A stretch of DNA of 40,788 nucleotides, from NCBI GenBank assembly GCA_035643735.1, contig DASQPY010000105.1, forward strand, positions 1-40,788, written 5' to 3'. This DNA is from Actinoallomurus sp. (lineage in GTDB: Bacteria > Actinomycetota > Actinomycetes > Streptosporangiales > Streptosporangiaceae). Made by a program: the position numbers and the translations under genes. Each line of letters opens with the position of its first letter. Positions within the stretch are counted from its first letter, which is position 1. Below, one piece after another: positions 31,689 to 40,788 of this stretch. The notes beneath the pieces were generated by a model. The model was not told the origin of the DNA. It searched no databases and worked only from the letters and a program-made list of their open reading frames with translations.

Positions 31689-31707
31689 CAGAGGTCGATG
31701 TCGCGTG

Positions 31708-32607
31708 TCACTGATCAATTGGCTGAACGCATGCGCCATGGGGGGCAACATCCAGCGGGTGTATGTGCCACGAAGTACCCACTTCCGCGCCAATTGAATC
31801 AACTTCGTCATCGCGGACCGTGAGTGCGAGAACCGTCGGACCGGCACCGGAGACCACTGCGGCGACTCCCTTTCCTCGCAGCCGCTCGACCAGCTCCAGC
31901 GACTCGGGCATCGCGGGGGCGCGGTAGGCCTGGTGCAGTCTGTCCTCGGTGGCGTCGAGGAGGAGTTCGGGAGCCACGGTGAGCGCCGCGATGAGCAGTG
32001 TCGCACGTCCGGAGTTCGCGGCGGCGTCGGCGTGGGGCACCATCTCCGGCAGCAGCCCGCGGGCGCGCTCGGTGGAAAGGCGGGCGTCCGGCACGAGCGC
32101 CACCGGACGTACGCGCGGGGAAACGTCGAGCCTGGTCAGACGGGGCCCCTCCGAGGTCTGCCAGGCGATCGTGAGGCCGCCGGCGAGGCACGGCGCGACG
32201 TTGTCGGGATGCCCCTCGACCCGCGTGGCCAGCGCCAGGACGTCCTCGTCGGTGAGCTCCGCGCCATCGGGGTGCAGGGCACGCGCGGCCAGGATGCCGG
32301 CGATCGTGGCCGCCGAGGAGGATCCGAGCCCCCGCGCGTGCGGGATGCGGTTGACGCAGCGGATCCGCAGGCCCTCCGCGACGCCGCCGATGCTCCCGTA
32401 CGCCGCACAGAACGTCTGCGCGACCAGGTGCTTGTCACCGCGGCCCGCCGTCTCCTCACCCTCCCCGCTGACCTCGATCGACAGGCCGGAACCGGCCATC
32501 TCGATGTCGACGTCGTCGTACAGGCCCAGGGCCAGGCCGAGCGCGTCGAACCCGGGTCCGAGGTTGGCGCTGGTAGCAGGGACGCGGACGCGGACGGCTC
32601 GGGTCAA
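31708..32607 (-). CDS. thrB: Homoserine kinase
   Basis: [28 protein letters not shown] and SGAGPT. Confidence 0.96.
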   Translation of the reverse strand: MTRAVRVRVPATSANLGPGFDALGLALGLYDDVDIEMAGSGLSIEVSGEGEETAGRGDKHLVAQTFCAAYGSIGGVAEGLRIRCVNRIPHARGLGSSSAATIAGILAARALHPDGAELTDEDVLALATRVEGHPDNVAPCLAGGLTIAWQTSEGPRLTRLDVSPRVRPVALVPDARLSTERARGLLPEMVPHADAAANSGRATLLIAALTVAPELLLDATEDRLHQAYRAPAMPESLELVERLRGKGVAAVVSGAGPTVLALTVRDDEVDSIGAEVGTSWHIHPLDVAPHGACVQPIDQ

Positions 32608-33644
32608 GTGAGCTCCAGCGCCGAGGCCGCCGCGTGGGCGTCCACCGGCACCGTCAGCGGCGCGGGCGCGCCGGAGATCGCCCAGTCGGGGTCCTTGAGG
32701 CCATGTCCGGTCACGGTGCAGACGATGCGCTCCCCTGGCCGTACGAGATCCTCGTCGCGGGCCTGGAGCAGGCCGGCGACGCTCGCCGCCGACGCGGGCT
32801 CGACGAAGACGCCCTCCTCACGGGCCAGGAGGCGGTAGGCGGCGAGGATCTGCCGGTCGGTGACGGCCTCGATCGCGCCGCCGGACTCATCGCGCGCACG
32901 GATCGCGAGGTCCCAGGAGGCCGGGTACCCGATGCGGATCGCGGTGGCGATGGTCTGCGGCGCGAGGACCGGCTCACCACGGACGATCGGCGCGGCGCCG
33001 GCGGCCTGGAAGCCGAGCATGCGCGGGCGCGTGTCGTACTCCTGGTAGCCCATCCAGTACGCGGAGATGTTGCCGGCGTTGCCGACGGGCAGGCAGTGGG
33101 CGTCCGGTGCGGCGCCGAACGTGTCGACGATCTCGAACGCCGCGGTCTTCTGCCCCTCGAGCCGGTAGCGGTTCACCGAGTTGACCAGGGCGACCGGGTA
33201 GTCGGCGGAAAGCTTGCGAGCGAGCTCGAGGCAGTCGTCGAAGTTGCCGTCGACCTGCAGGAGCCGGGCGCCGTGCACGAGTGCCTGCGCCAGCTTGCCC
33301 ATCGCGATCTTGCCCTGGGGCACGAGCACGGCGCAGACCATGCCGGCGCGCACGGCGTAGGCGGCGGCCGCAGCGGCGGTGTTGCCGGTCGAGGCGCAGA
33401 TGACCGCCTTGGCGCCCTCTTCGGCGGCCCGGCTGATCGCGACCGTCATGCCGCGGTCCTTGAACGAACCGGTCGGATTGGCGCCCTCGACCTTGAGATG
33501 GACGTCGCAGCCCGTGAGCTGGGAGAGCCGCGGAGCCGGGAGCAGCGGTGTGCCGCCCTCGAGCAGGGTGATGACCGGCGTGTCGGCCGTGACCGGGAGC
33601 CGATCACGGTATTCCTCGATGACCCCCCGCCATGCCTTGGTCAC
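32604..33644 (-). CDS. thrC: Threonine synthase
   Basis: [23 protein letters not shown] and TGHGLKDP. Confidence 0.96.
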   Translation of the reverse strand: MTKAWRGVIEEYRDRLPVTADTPVITLLEGGTPLLPAPRLSQLTGCDVHLKVEGANPTGSFKDRGMTVAISRAAEEGAKAVICASTGNTAAAAAAYAVRAGMVCAVLVPQGKIAMGKLAQALVHGARLLQVDGNFDDCLELARKLSADYPVALVNSVNRYRLEGQKTAAFEIVDTFGAAPDAHCLPVGNAGNISAYWMGYQEYDTRPRMLGFQAAGAAPIVRGEPVLAPQTIATAIRIGYPASWDLAIRARDESGGAIEAVTDRQILAAYRLLAREEGVFVEPASAASVAGLLQARDEDLVRPGERIVCTVTGHGLKDPDWAISGAPAPLTVPVDAHAAASALELT

Positions 33645-33677
33645 GTGCTCCTCCTGACCTGCGATGATCGTGGGCCG

Positions 33678-33726
33678 AGTCTACGGGCCATGGCGCTCGC
33701 GTCTCACGTCGTTCCACATGCTGGAC
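33678..33726 (-). promoter_or_regulatory. thrC promoter (-10 TAGACT) with an NdgR/LtbR-like palindrome
   Basis: Minus strand GTCCAGCATGTGGAA (33712-33726) and TAGACT (33678-33683). Confidence 0.45.
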
Positions 33727-33789
33727 GCGCCGGGGCCGGCCGGTCCGTGTCCGCCCATGTCGGCCGGGGGGACCCTCCTATCATTGTGC

Positions 33790-34459
33790 CTCGTACGCCC
33801 CCGAGCACGTGTCGCCGCCTCCGCCACACTGGCCGTCCTCGTCGGTGTGGGCGCCCTCTGGCCGTCCGGTGGTCTGCGCGCCGCCGACACCTCACGGTCC
33901 GTGCGGCCCGGCCGGGAGGTCGACCAGCACCTGTCCGCACCCGGCTCGTCGGGGCGCACGTCGCCGTCATCAAGAGGACGAAGTTCACCCCCGAGCGCCG
34001 GCTGTTAGTGATCAACGCCTGGGTGACGAACCCGACCCCGAGACCCTCGGCACGAGCGGGGCCGACAACGACCACTCGGTGTTCTCCCACGGCATGTTCC
34101 TGCACTGGAGCGCGCGGAACGGCCCGCGCCCGAACCTCGTCAACGCCCAGGCCATCGCCGGGGACACTCTTTTGGTCACTCCAGCCCCAACTGGCGACTA
34201 CCACCCGACCGACAAGCTCGGCGGCGGCATCCTGTCGGCGCCCGCCGTCACGCCACTGAGCTACGTGCGGTTCCAGCCCGGCATGCCGCGGCGGGGCGCG
34301 TACCTGTTCGACGTACCGGTGCGGGCACTGGCGGGCGCGCACCTCTATCTCTCCGACCGTGACGTCGAGGCAGATCCGCTGGACGGCGTTCATGCCGTCG
34401 CCGGCGTCGGCGAGCCGCTGGGCATCGGCCGCAGCACCTCGCGCAGGTCATCGGTGTAG
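33790..34459 (+). pseudogene. Multiply frameshifted exported/membrane-anchored protein gene
   Basis: TM segment then GREVDQHL in one frame, RTRLVGAHVAV...VINAWVTNPT in a second, ETLGTS...FQPGMPRRGAYLFDVP in a third. Confidence 0.55.
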
Positions 34460-34593
34460 AGGTTCCAGCCGAGATAGACCAGGACGAAGCGGACGACCCG
34501 GTCTGCGGCGCGCTGGGCGCGTTGTCGGCCAGCGCCCGGATGCTAGTGCGATGACCCCATGTTCACCGGGGATTCCGTGGGCCTCCGCATCGG

Positions 34594-35901
34594 CTACTCG
34601 TCGCCCTCGACGCGCATCACGCTGGCGACCTCGCGGACGATCTCCAGGTCGTGCAGGCCCTCGATGGTGGCCGACAGCGCGCCGTCGGGGGCCCGGTGGG
34701 TGACGATGACCAGCTGCGCCTCCCTGCCCTGGCCCTCCTGGCGTACGGCCTGGATCGACACGTCGTTCTCGGCGAACGCGTCGGCGACCCTGGCGAGCAC
34801 GCCGGGGCGGTCGGCCACGTCGAGCGCCACGTGGTAGCGCGTGACCGTGTCGGCCATCGGCAGCACGGGCAGGTCAGCGTAGGTCGACTCGGCCGGCCCG
34901 CGCGTGCCGTTCACGCGGTTGCGGGCCACCGCGACGATGTCGCCGAGCACCGCACTCGCGGTCGGCGCCCCGCCGGCGCCCGCGCCGTAGAACATCAGCG
35001 ATCCCGCCGACTCGGCCTCCACGAACACGGCGTTGTACGCCTCGCGGACGCTCGCGAGAGGGTGCGAGCGCGGAATCATCACCGGGTGGACGCGGACCGA
35101 GACGCCGCGGCCCGCGCGGTGCTCGTCCGACGGCACCCGCTCACAGATCGCCAGGAGCTTCACCACACAGCCCATGTCCTTGGCGCTGGCGATGTCGGCC
35201 GAGGTCACGTCCGCGATCCCCTCGCGGTGCACCCCGGCGGCGGTGACCCGCGTGTGGAACGCGAGCTGGGCCAGGATCGCCGCCTTGGCCGCCGCGTCGA
35301 AACCCTCGACGTCGGCGGTCGGATCCGCCTCGGCGTACCCCAGGGCCTGCGCCTCGCCAAGGGCCTCGGCGAAGCCGGCGCCGGAGGAGTCCATCTGGTC
35401 GAGGATGTAGTTGGTCGTGCCGTTGACGATGCCCATGACCCGCTGGACGTGGTCGCCGACCAGCGACTCCCGCAGCGGGCGCAGCAGCGGGATGGCGCCC
35501 GCGACGGACGCCTCGTAGTAGATGTCGGCGCCGTACTCCCTGGCCGCGCCGAACAGCGTCACGCCGTCCTCGGCCAGCAGCGCCTTGTTGGCCGTGACGA
35601 CCGACTTGCCGGACTTCATCGCGGCGAGCAGCAGGGCGCGCGCGGGTTCGAGGCCGCCGATGACCTCCACCACGATGTCCACGTCGTCGCCGGTCACCAG
35701 GCCCATGGCGTCCGTCGTGAGCAGCTCGGGCGGAACGCCCTCACGCCGCTTGTCCAGCCGGCGCACGGCGATGCCGGCGAGCTCGAGCGGGACACCCACG
35801 CGCGCGGCGAGATCGTCGGCCTGCTCGCGCAGGAGGCGTACGACCTCGGTGCCGACGACGCCGCAGCCGAGCAGCGCGATCCTCAGCGCCGGCCGGGTCA
35901 T
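34594..35901 (-). CDS. hom: Homoserine dehydrogenase with ACT domain
   Basis: [35 protein letters not shown] and DRPGVLA. Confidence 0.96.
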   Translation of the reverse strand: MTRPALRIALLGCGVVGTEVVRLLREQADDLAARVGVPLELAGIAVRRLDKRREGVPPELLTTDAMGLVTGDDVDIVVEVIGGLEPARALLLAAMKSGKSVVTANKALLAEDGVTLFGAAREYGADIYYEASVAGAIPLLRPLRESLVGDHVQRVMGIVNGTTNYILDQMDSSGAGFAEALGEAQALGYAEADPTADVEGFDAAAKAAILAQLAFHTRVTAAGVHREGIADVTSADIASAKDMGCVVKLLAICERVPSDEHRAGRGVSVRVHPVMIPRSHPLASVREAYNAVFVEAESAGSLMFYGAGAGGAPTASAVLGDIVAVARNRVNGTRGPAESTYADLPVLPMADTVTRYHVALDVADRPGVLARVADAFAENDVSIQAVRQEGQGREAQLVIVTHRAPDGALSATIEGLHDLEIVREVASVMRVEGDE

Positions 35902-37277
35902 GGCGACACCTCCAGGCGCAGCAGGTCGTCCTCCGTCTCCCTGCGGAGGATCAGGCGGGAGCGTCCGCCGCGTACCGCCACGACCGCCGGCTTGGGCACG
36001 TGGTTGTAGTTGTTGGCGAGCGAGCGGCAGTACGCGCCGGTGGCCGCCACCGCGACGAGGTCACCGGGCGCGAGGTCCTCGGGCAGCCACAGGTCGCGTA
36101 CGACCATGTCGCCGCTCTCGCAGTGCTTGCCGACGAGCCGGCTGAGCATCGGCGCGGCCTCCGAACGCCGCGAGGCGAGCACGCTGGTGTACTCCGCGCC
36201 GTACAGCGCGGTCCGGATGTTGTCGCTCATGCCGCCGTCTACCGAGACATAGGTACGGAGGCCGTCGAGGGGCTTGACCGTGCCGACCTCGTACACCGTG
36301 ATCCCGCCGGGCCCGGCGATGGTGCGGCCGGGCTCCACGGTCAGCCGCGGCACCGTGAGGTTCCGCGTCCGGCAGGCACGGGTGATGATGCCGCTCAGGT
36401 TGTCGGCGATGTGCTTGGGGTCGAGGGGGTCGTCGCCGTCGAGGTAGGCGATGCCGTAGCCGCCACCGAGGTCGAGCTCGGGCAGCTCGACGCCGTGTTC
36501 GTCGCGGATGGCCACCAGAAGGTCCACGACCCGGCGGGCGGCCAGCTCGAAGCCGTCGGTGTCGAAGATCTGCGAGCCGATGTGGGAGTGCAGGCCGGCG
36601 AGCTCCAGCTCGTCGAGCGCGAGGACACGCCGGGCGGCCTCCAGCGCCGTCTCACGGGCGAACCCGAACTTCTGGTCGTCGTGCGCGGTGGCGATGAACT
36701 CGTGCGTGTGCGCCTCGACGCCGGTGGTGACGCGGATCATCACCTTGGGGCGTACGTGCTTCTCCTTGGCGAGGTAGCCGAGCCGGGCGACCTCCTCGAA
36801 GGAGTCGAGCACGATGTGCCCGACCCCGGCGTCGAGAGCGCGGGTCAGCTCGCCGACCGACTTGTTGTTGCCGTGGAAGGTGATCCGGTCGGCCGGGAAG
36901 CCGGCGTGCAGCGCCACGGCGAGCTCGCCACCGCTGCAGACGTCCAGGCCCAGGCCCTCCTCGGCCACCCACCGGGCGATCTCGGTGCACAGGAACGCCT
37001 TGCCAGCGTAGTAGACGTCGCCGTCGGAGAAGGCGGTCTTGAAGTCGCGGCAGCGGGACCGGAAGTCGTCCTCGTCGTAGACGTAGAGCGGCGTGCCGTA
37101 CTCCCCCGCGAGATCGCGCACGTCCACACCGCCGATCGTCAGGGCACCGTCGTCCCGGCGGGCGCTGCGCGGCCAGACATCGGCCGCGAGCACGTTGAGG
37201 TCGTTCGCCGGCGGCAGCGGGTGATCCTCCGGCAGCACGTCGGCGTGCCGTGGCCCGGCCGGGTGAACTCGGCTCAT
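35898..37277 (-). CDS. lysA: Diaminopimelate decarboxylase
   Basis: [32 protein letters not shown] and GAY; ATG at 37277 after GGAGAG. Confidence 0.96.
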   Translation of the reverse strand: MSRVHPAGPRHADVLPEDHPLPPANDLNVLAADVWPRSARRDDGALTIGGVDVRDLAGEYGTPLYVYDEDDFRSRCRDFKTAFSDGDVYYAGKAFLCTEIARWVAEEGLGLDVCSGGELAVALHAGFPADRITFHGNNKSVGELTRALDAGVGHIVLDSFEEVARLGYLAKEKHVRPKVMIRVTTGVEAHTHEFIATAHDDQKFGFARETALEAARRVLALDELELAGLHSHIGSQIFDTDGFELAARRVVDLLVAIRDEHGVELPELDLGGGYGIAYLDGDDPLDPKHIADNLSGIITRACRTRNLTVPRLTVEPGRTIAGPGGITVYEVGTVKPLDGLRTYVSVDGGMSDNIRTALYGAEYTSVLASRRSEAAPMLSRLVGKHCESGDMVVRDLWLPEDLAPGDLVAVAATGAYCRSLANNYNHVPKPAVVAVRGGRSRLILRRETEDDLLRLEVSP

Positions 37278-37311
37278 GCTCTCTCCATTGCGGGTCGTGC
37301 GATCACTGCGC

Positions 37312-38064
37312 TCACAGGCGGTCGTCCGGCATCTCGCCGAGCATCCGCAGGCCGTTACCCAAGACGATACGGACGGCCCTGGCCAGGCCGAGCCGGGCCG
37401 TGTGGAGCTCGCCGGCGCGCTCGTCGCCCTTGGGCAGCGCCGGGCACTGCTCGTGGACGTCGTGGTACGCGTCGGCGATCTGCTCGAGGTGCCGGATGAA
37501 GGGACGGAGGGTCTGCTGCCGCACCGCCTGCTCCGCCCGGCCGGGGAAGTCCGCGAGGAGCCGCAGGAGCACGCGCTCGCGGGGATCCTCCAGCGGTCCG
37601 ACCCTGTTGTCGGTGGTCTCGTGGACACCGAGGTCGACGGCGTGCCGCCGTACGCCACTGGCCCGCGCGTACGCGAACCGTACGCGGAAGCCGGGGTTGT
37701 CGAAGGTCAGGGGACGCGTGGGCCAGGTCGTCGCACCGTCGTAGGGGATGGCCGTCAGGCCGTACGTCTCGTCGATCCGGGCGATGAGCGGCGCGTCCGT
37801 CGTGATGGTCAGGAACCCCGGCCCGGTCACCCGAGCGGTGCGGACGCCGGGCCGTTTCGCCACCCGCCTGGCAAGGGTGGCCGCCACATCGGGCGCGGGC
37901 CGCCCCGCGAGATTGGCCAGGCGCAACGGAAGCGGCGTGGCGTAGTCACCGGCCGCCGTGGCCTCGATCGGCACCCGGTCGGGTACGGGAACGGCGAACT
38001 CGCCATCGGCCACCGCATCACGCACGGCGGCGATGACGGCACTGCTCAGCTCGCCCGGGGTCAC
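37312..38064 (-). CDS. ArgS-related protein with N-terminal and DALR anticodon-binding domains but no catalytic domain (NrtL-like)
   Basis: GDYAT..LRLA...GPGFL (ArgRS N-domain) joined by a short linker to DNP.F.VRFAYAR...[20 protein letters not shown] (DALR); no HIGH region; 250 aa. Confidence 0.85.
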   Translation of the reverse strand: MTPGELSSAVIAAVRDAVADGEFAVPVPDRVPIEATAAGDYATPLPLRLANLAGRPAPDVAATLARRVAKRPGVRTARVTGPGFLTITTDAPLIARIDETYGLTAIPYDGATTWPTRPLTFDNPGFRVRFAYARASGVRRHAVDLGVHETTDNRVGPLEDPRERVLLRLLADFPGRAEQAVRQQTLRPFIRHLEQIADAYHDVHEQCPALPKGDERAGELHTARLGLARAVRIVLGNGLRMLGEMPDDRL

Positions 38065-38119
38065 GTGCGCGAGGCTACCCGGGGTCACGGGTACGAGACC
38101 AACCGACCAGCATGTGAGA

Positions 38120-38548
38120 TCACGCGCTGTCGTCGGGGTTGTCCCTGTCGTCTGTGGGATCTTCCCCGGGAACGGCGGCCGCGCCGGCCAGCTCGCGGAC
38201 CGTACGAATCAGCTCCGAGGGGTCGAACGGCTTGGTCACGTAGGCGTCCACACCGATCTCGTGCCCTCGCCTGATGTCGTGCTCCTGCGCCCGCGCTGTG
38301 ATCATCACGACCCGGATGCCCTGGGTCTCGGGATCCTCACGCAGCTTCACCGCCGTGACCCAGCCGTCGAGCCTGGGCATCATGATGTCGAGCGTGATCA
38401 CATCCGGATCGACCTCGCGCACCTTCTCCAGACAGTCCTGCCCGTCGACAGCCGTCGCCACCTCGAACCCCTCCAGTTGGAGGTTCACGGCGATGAGCTG
38501 GCGGATCACCTCGTCGTCATCGACGACCAGCACGCGTCCAAGGGTCAC
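38120..38548 (-). CDS. Single-domain (CheY-like) response regulator
   Basis: VLVVDDD, LDIMMP, ITA and TKPF; no output domain; GTG start 7 nt after TAGCTT. Confidence 0.88.
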   Translation of the reverse strand: MTLGRVLVVDDDEVIRQLIAVNLQLEGFEVATAVDGQDCLEKVREVDPDVITLDIMMPRLDGWVTAVKLREDPETQGIRVVMITARAQEHDIRRGHEIGVDAYVTKPFDPSELIRTVRELAGAAAVPGEDPTDDRDNPDDSA

Positions 38549-38733
38549 GGCCGCCAAGCTAGCGGGTCGACCGGTGTGAACACGCGGATAACCGCAACGT
38601 GCGGCATCATCGTTACCGGGCAGACGACCGACCGAAACCAGCATGTAGCCGTGGGACACCGGCGCCCAGCCCCACTCGCACGCCGCCCGGGCGCAGCCGG
38701 TAGCTTGATGCTGGTAATCTCTACCCGTCCCGA

Positions 38734-38805
38734 GCCCCCTTAGCTCAGGGGATAGAGCACCGGCCTCCGGAGCCGGGTGCGCTGGTTCGAATCCAGCAGG
38801 GGGCG
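38734..38805 (+). tRNA. tRNA-Arg(CCG)
   Basis: Acceptor stem GCCCCCT/AGGGGGC, D arm, anticodon arm CCGGC-CT-CCG-GA-GCCGG and GGTTCGAATCC T loop; CCA not encoded. Confidence 0.97.
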
Positions 38806-39303
38806 CCTCACAGCAGCCAGCATGATCTGGCGACCTGCATTAGACACATAGAGAACGGCTCGAACTCTGGTCTCACTGATTCCGGCCCGTTCTTGCTGTC
38901 CAGCACCGTTCACGAGAGGCCTACGCGAGAGTTTCTCGTCGGTTCAAGCGGGCTGAGGGATAACTCGCGCTAAGCAAATGTCTCCTCGCTGCGATGACCC
39001 GAGCGAGGGAGTTCGGGCTCGCGAACCCGGCTGTGTGCCGTCGAGACCTGGATCCGGACGGCTGGAGTCATCAGTGCCGGGGAGACGCCTTCCTCAGATG
39101 GCCGCGCATCACGCCGGCCAGACCGTGGCGATCATCGAGGCCCGGCGACCGCTCCGCGCCGTAGCGCCCGCCTGATCCGGCGCACCACCGCCGGACCGCC
39201 CCCGCGGCGACCGCGCGACCTCTGCGCCGCACCGCTGCCGGAGGCCCACCGGCACCTACTCGACGTCCGCGGGCGAAGCCCCAGGTCAAGCGCCTTTCGG
39301 TTC

Positions 39304-39328
39304 GTTAGGCCACGGTCGTATCGGGTAG
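39304..39328 (+). promoter_or_regulatory. SigB/SigF-type stress promoter
   Basis: GTTA-N15-GGGTAG upstream of the 39365 gene. Confidence 0.45.
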
Positions 39329-39364
39329 CTCTGCCAAGAGAGCTTCGAGGTGGGAGGAGGAGAG

Positions 39365-39733
39365 ATGTCCGAGCAGAGCCACCCGGTGCAAGGTGAGCAC
39401 AAGTATCAGCAGGAGGTCACCTCGCCCGAGGAGCACGAAGAGCACGCCGGACGCAGTCTGGTGACGACGGACCATGACGTGATCCGCCAGTGGGCCGAAG
39501 CCCGGAACGCGAAACCCGCGACGGTTCCAGGCAGTGACTACGGAGGACGTCCGGGCCGCCTGCTGTTCGACTTTCCTGGATACGGCGGCCAGGACCTGCA
39601 GGAGATCTCCTGGGAGGACTGATTCAGCACGTTCGACGAGCGCGAGCTCAATTTCCTTTACCAGGAGCACAAGAAAGACGGCTCACCGAGCAACTTCTTC
39701 CGACTGGAGAACCCGCAGGACACCGATCGCTGA
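39365..39733 (+). pseudogene. Hypothetical protein interrupted by one in-frame TGA
   Basis: Strong RBS; TTDHDVIRQWAE...ISWED*FSTFDERELNFLYQE...SNFFRL continues in frame past TGA 39620-39622. Confidence 0.75.
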
Positions 39734-39892
39734 CCCCCTGACTTCATCAATGGGGCACGTAGGGTTCCAGAAGTTCCCCGTGCACAGATAGCCGTGCACA
39801 GATAGACGACCCAATTCGCCCAAGCCGCATCCGGACGGCGCCATCGTGTGTCTGGCGGCGGCGCGGTGCCACACTGGCCCGGCGCGATCAGC

Positions 39893-40054
39893 TTACGACT
39901 TGGTGTCCGGCTCGTGCCGACGGGTTTCGAAGCCGGTGTGGCCGTTCGGGCAGCGTGGGATCTTCTCCCCCTGTTTCACATGGACCTTCTCGTCGCACTG
40001 GGCACAGCAGAAGTCACCGATCTTCTGTGCCTTCTCTCCGGCATGGGCTGTCAA
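39893..40054 (-). CDS. Small zinc-ribbon protein (53 aa)
   Basis: GEKA..GDF.CAQC...IPRCPNGH (CxxC...CxxxH); TTG start after GAGGAGGT. Confidence 0.6.
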   Translation of the reverse strand: MTAHAGEKAQKIGDFCCAQCDEKVHVKQGEKIPRCPNGHTGFETRRHEPDTKS

Positions 40055-40265
40055 CGCCTCCACCTCCTCGCTCGACACGCGAGCCGATGTCGCGGGTGGG
40101 ACCGACGGCCGCCGGCGATGTCCCCAAGGTGGAGCACGGCCATCCGGTCGGAGTCGGTCTCGGACAGCTGCAGTCGACGTTCGTCGCCTTGACTGCCTTG
40201 ACGACGTCGTCGCTGGTGAACACCTTGATTCTATCGCCGACGATGGTGGCTGAGGTGCGACGTCT

Positions 40266-40368
40266 CTACCGTGGTTCGACCGTACGAAGCAGGTCCTCGT
40301 CGACCACGGTGTCCTCCATCAGTTCCTTGTAGCCGACGTGGTCGAAGACGACGGTAAGCCGGCCTTCG
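40266..40368 (-). pseudogene. C-terminal fragment resembling the tail of actinobacterial RecQ-like helicases
   Basis: EGRLTVVFDHVGYKEL....V..DLL*; nothing recognisable upstream. Confidence 0.4.
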
Positions 40369-40459
40369 CTCGATCGAGCGGTGGCGTTCGGCGCCTCGAT
40401 CGCCGTCGGAAGGCCGCTGGTGAAGAACCGTTGAAGGGGGCCACCCACCGCCTCTCACC

Positions 40460-40665
40460 GTTACCAGCAGGACGCGGCGGTTGGTGTCGTCGGCCCGCGG
40501 CGGTCGCCGGAGTCGAGCAGGTCCGCGGCGTAGCCGTGCTGGACGTACTGGCTGAGCGCGACGACGGCCAGGGTGGGCGCGGCGTAGTTCCACAGCCGCA
40601 CGCAGCCCCTCGTCGGCGTAGCCAGGAGGCATTCTGATGTCGGTGATCAGCAGGTCGGGGTGTGC
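40460..40665 (-). pseudogene. Collapsed NarL/LuxR response regulator remnant
   Basis: HPDLLITDIRMPPGYADEGLRAAVELR, frameshifted VVALSQYV..GYAADLL, then directly the terminal DDTNRRVL. Confidence 0.7.
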
Positions 40666-40788
40666 TCGGCCACGGCGCTGAATCCTCTCTGCGGCGAGCG
40701 CAACAATCCGCCCTCGCCATCGGGACCTCCGATACGACCGGAAGGCAGCGGGTAGGGCTGTCAGTGATGGTGCCGACACAGCGCGCCG

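Noticed and set aside
38978-39175. 65-aa ORF with HHAGQ, possibly a DinB-like tail
   Set aside because: Motif too short and no RBS or family context; cannot be supported.
39620-39680. Selenocysteine recoding of the in-frame TGA
   Set aside because: Context suggests Trp rather than Cys, and no convincing SECIS-like hairpin follows.
40090-40245. Minus-strand coding-like fragment (KVFTSDDVVKAVKA...)
   Set aside because: Looks like a gene remnant but no family could be recognised.
38806-40788. Intact prophage or integrative element at the tRNA
   Set aside because: No integrase, excisionase, replication or phage genes visible within the window.

Overview
High-GC actinomycete chromosome; gene order and content suggest a filamentous actinomycete, possibly Streptosporangiales (inference). 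The core is the conserved minus-strand block [argS-like]-lysA-hom-thrC-thrB-rho-rpmE-prfA-prmC-tsaC-rfe/wecA-atpI/Z-atpBEFHAGDC-DUF2550, with a convergent PduO-type adenosyltransferase and a divergent tRNA-Arg(CCG). Accessory insertions: two paralogous two-component systems, an MmpL transporter and a broken phosphatase between rho and rpmE; a decayed gene between hom and thrC; two exported hypotheticals between tsaC and rfe. The left end has an ALDH tail, an SDR/esterase deletion scar, a SigG-like ECF sigma factor, a 33-aa small ORF behind a 10-bp-phased repeat array, an orphan PemK-like gene, a GMC oxidoreductase and an M28 aminopeptidase. The right end beyond the tRNA is mostly gene fragments. 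The most notable items are an ArgRS paralog that lacks the whole catalytic domain, the phased-array/small-protein unit, the orphan PemK with a duplicated C-terminal helix, and short inverted-repeat elements sitting on TAG stop codons. All calls come from reading motifs by eye; no searches were run.
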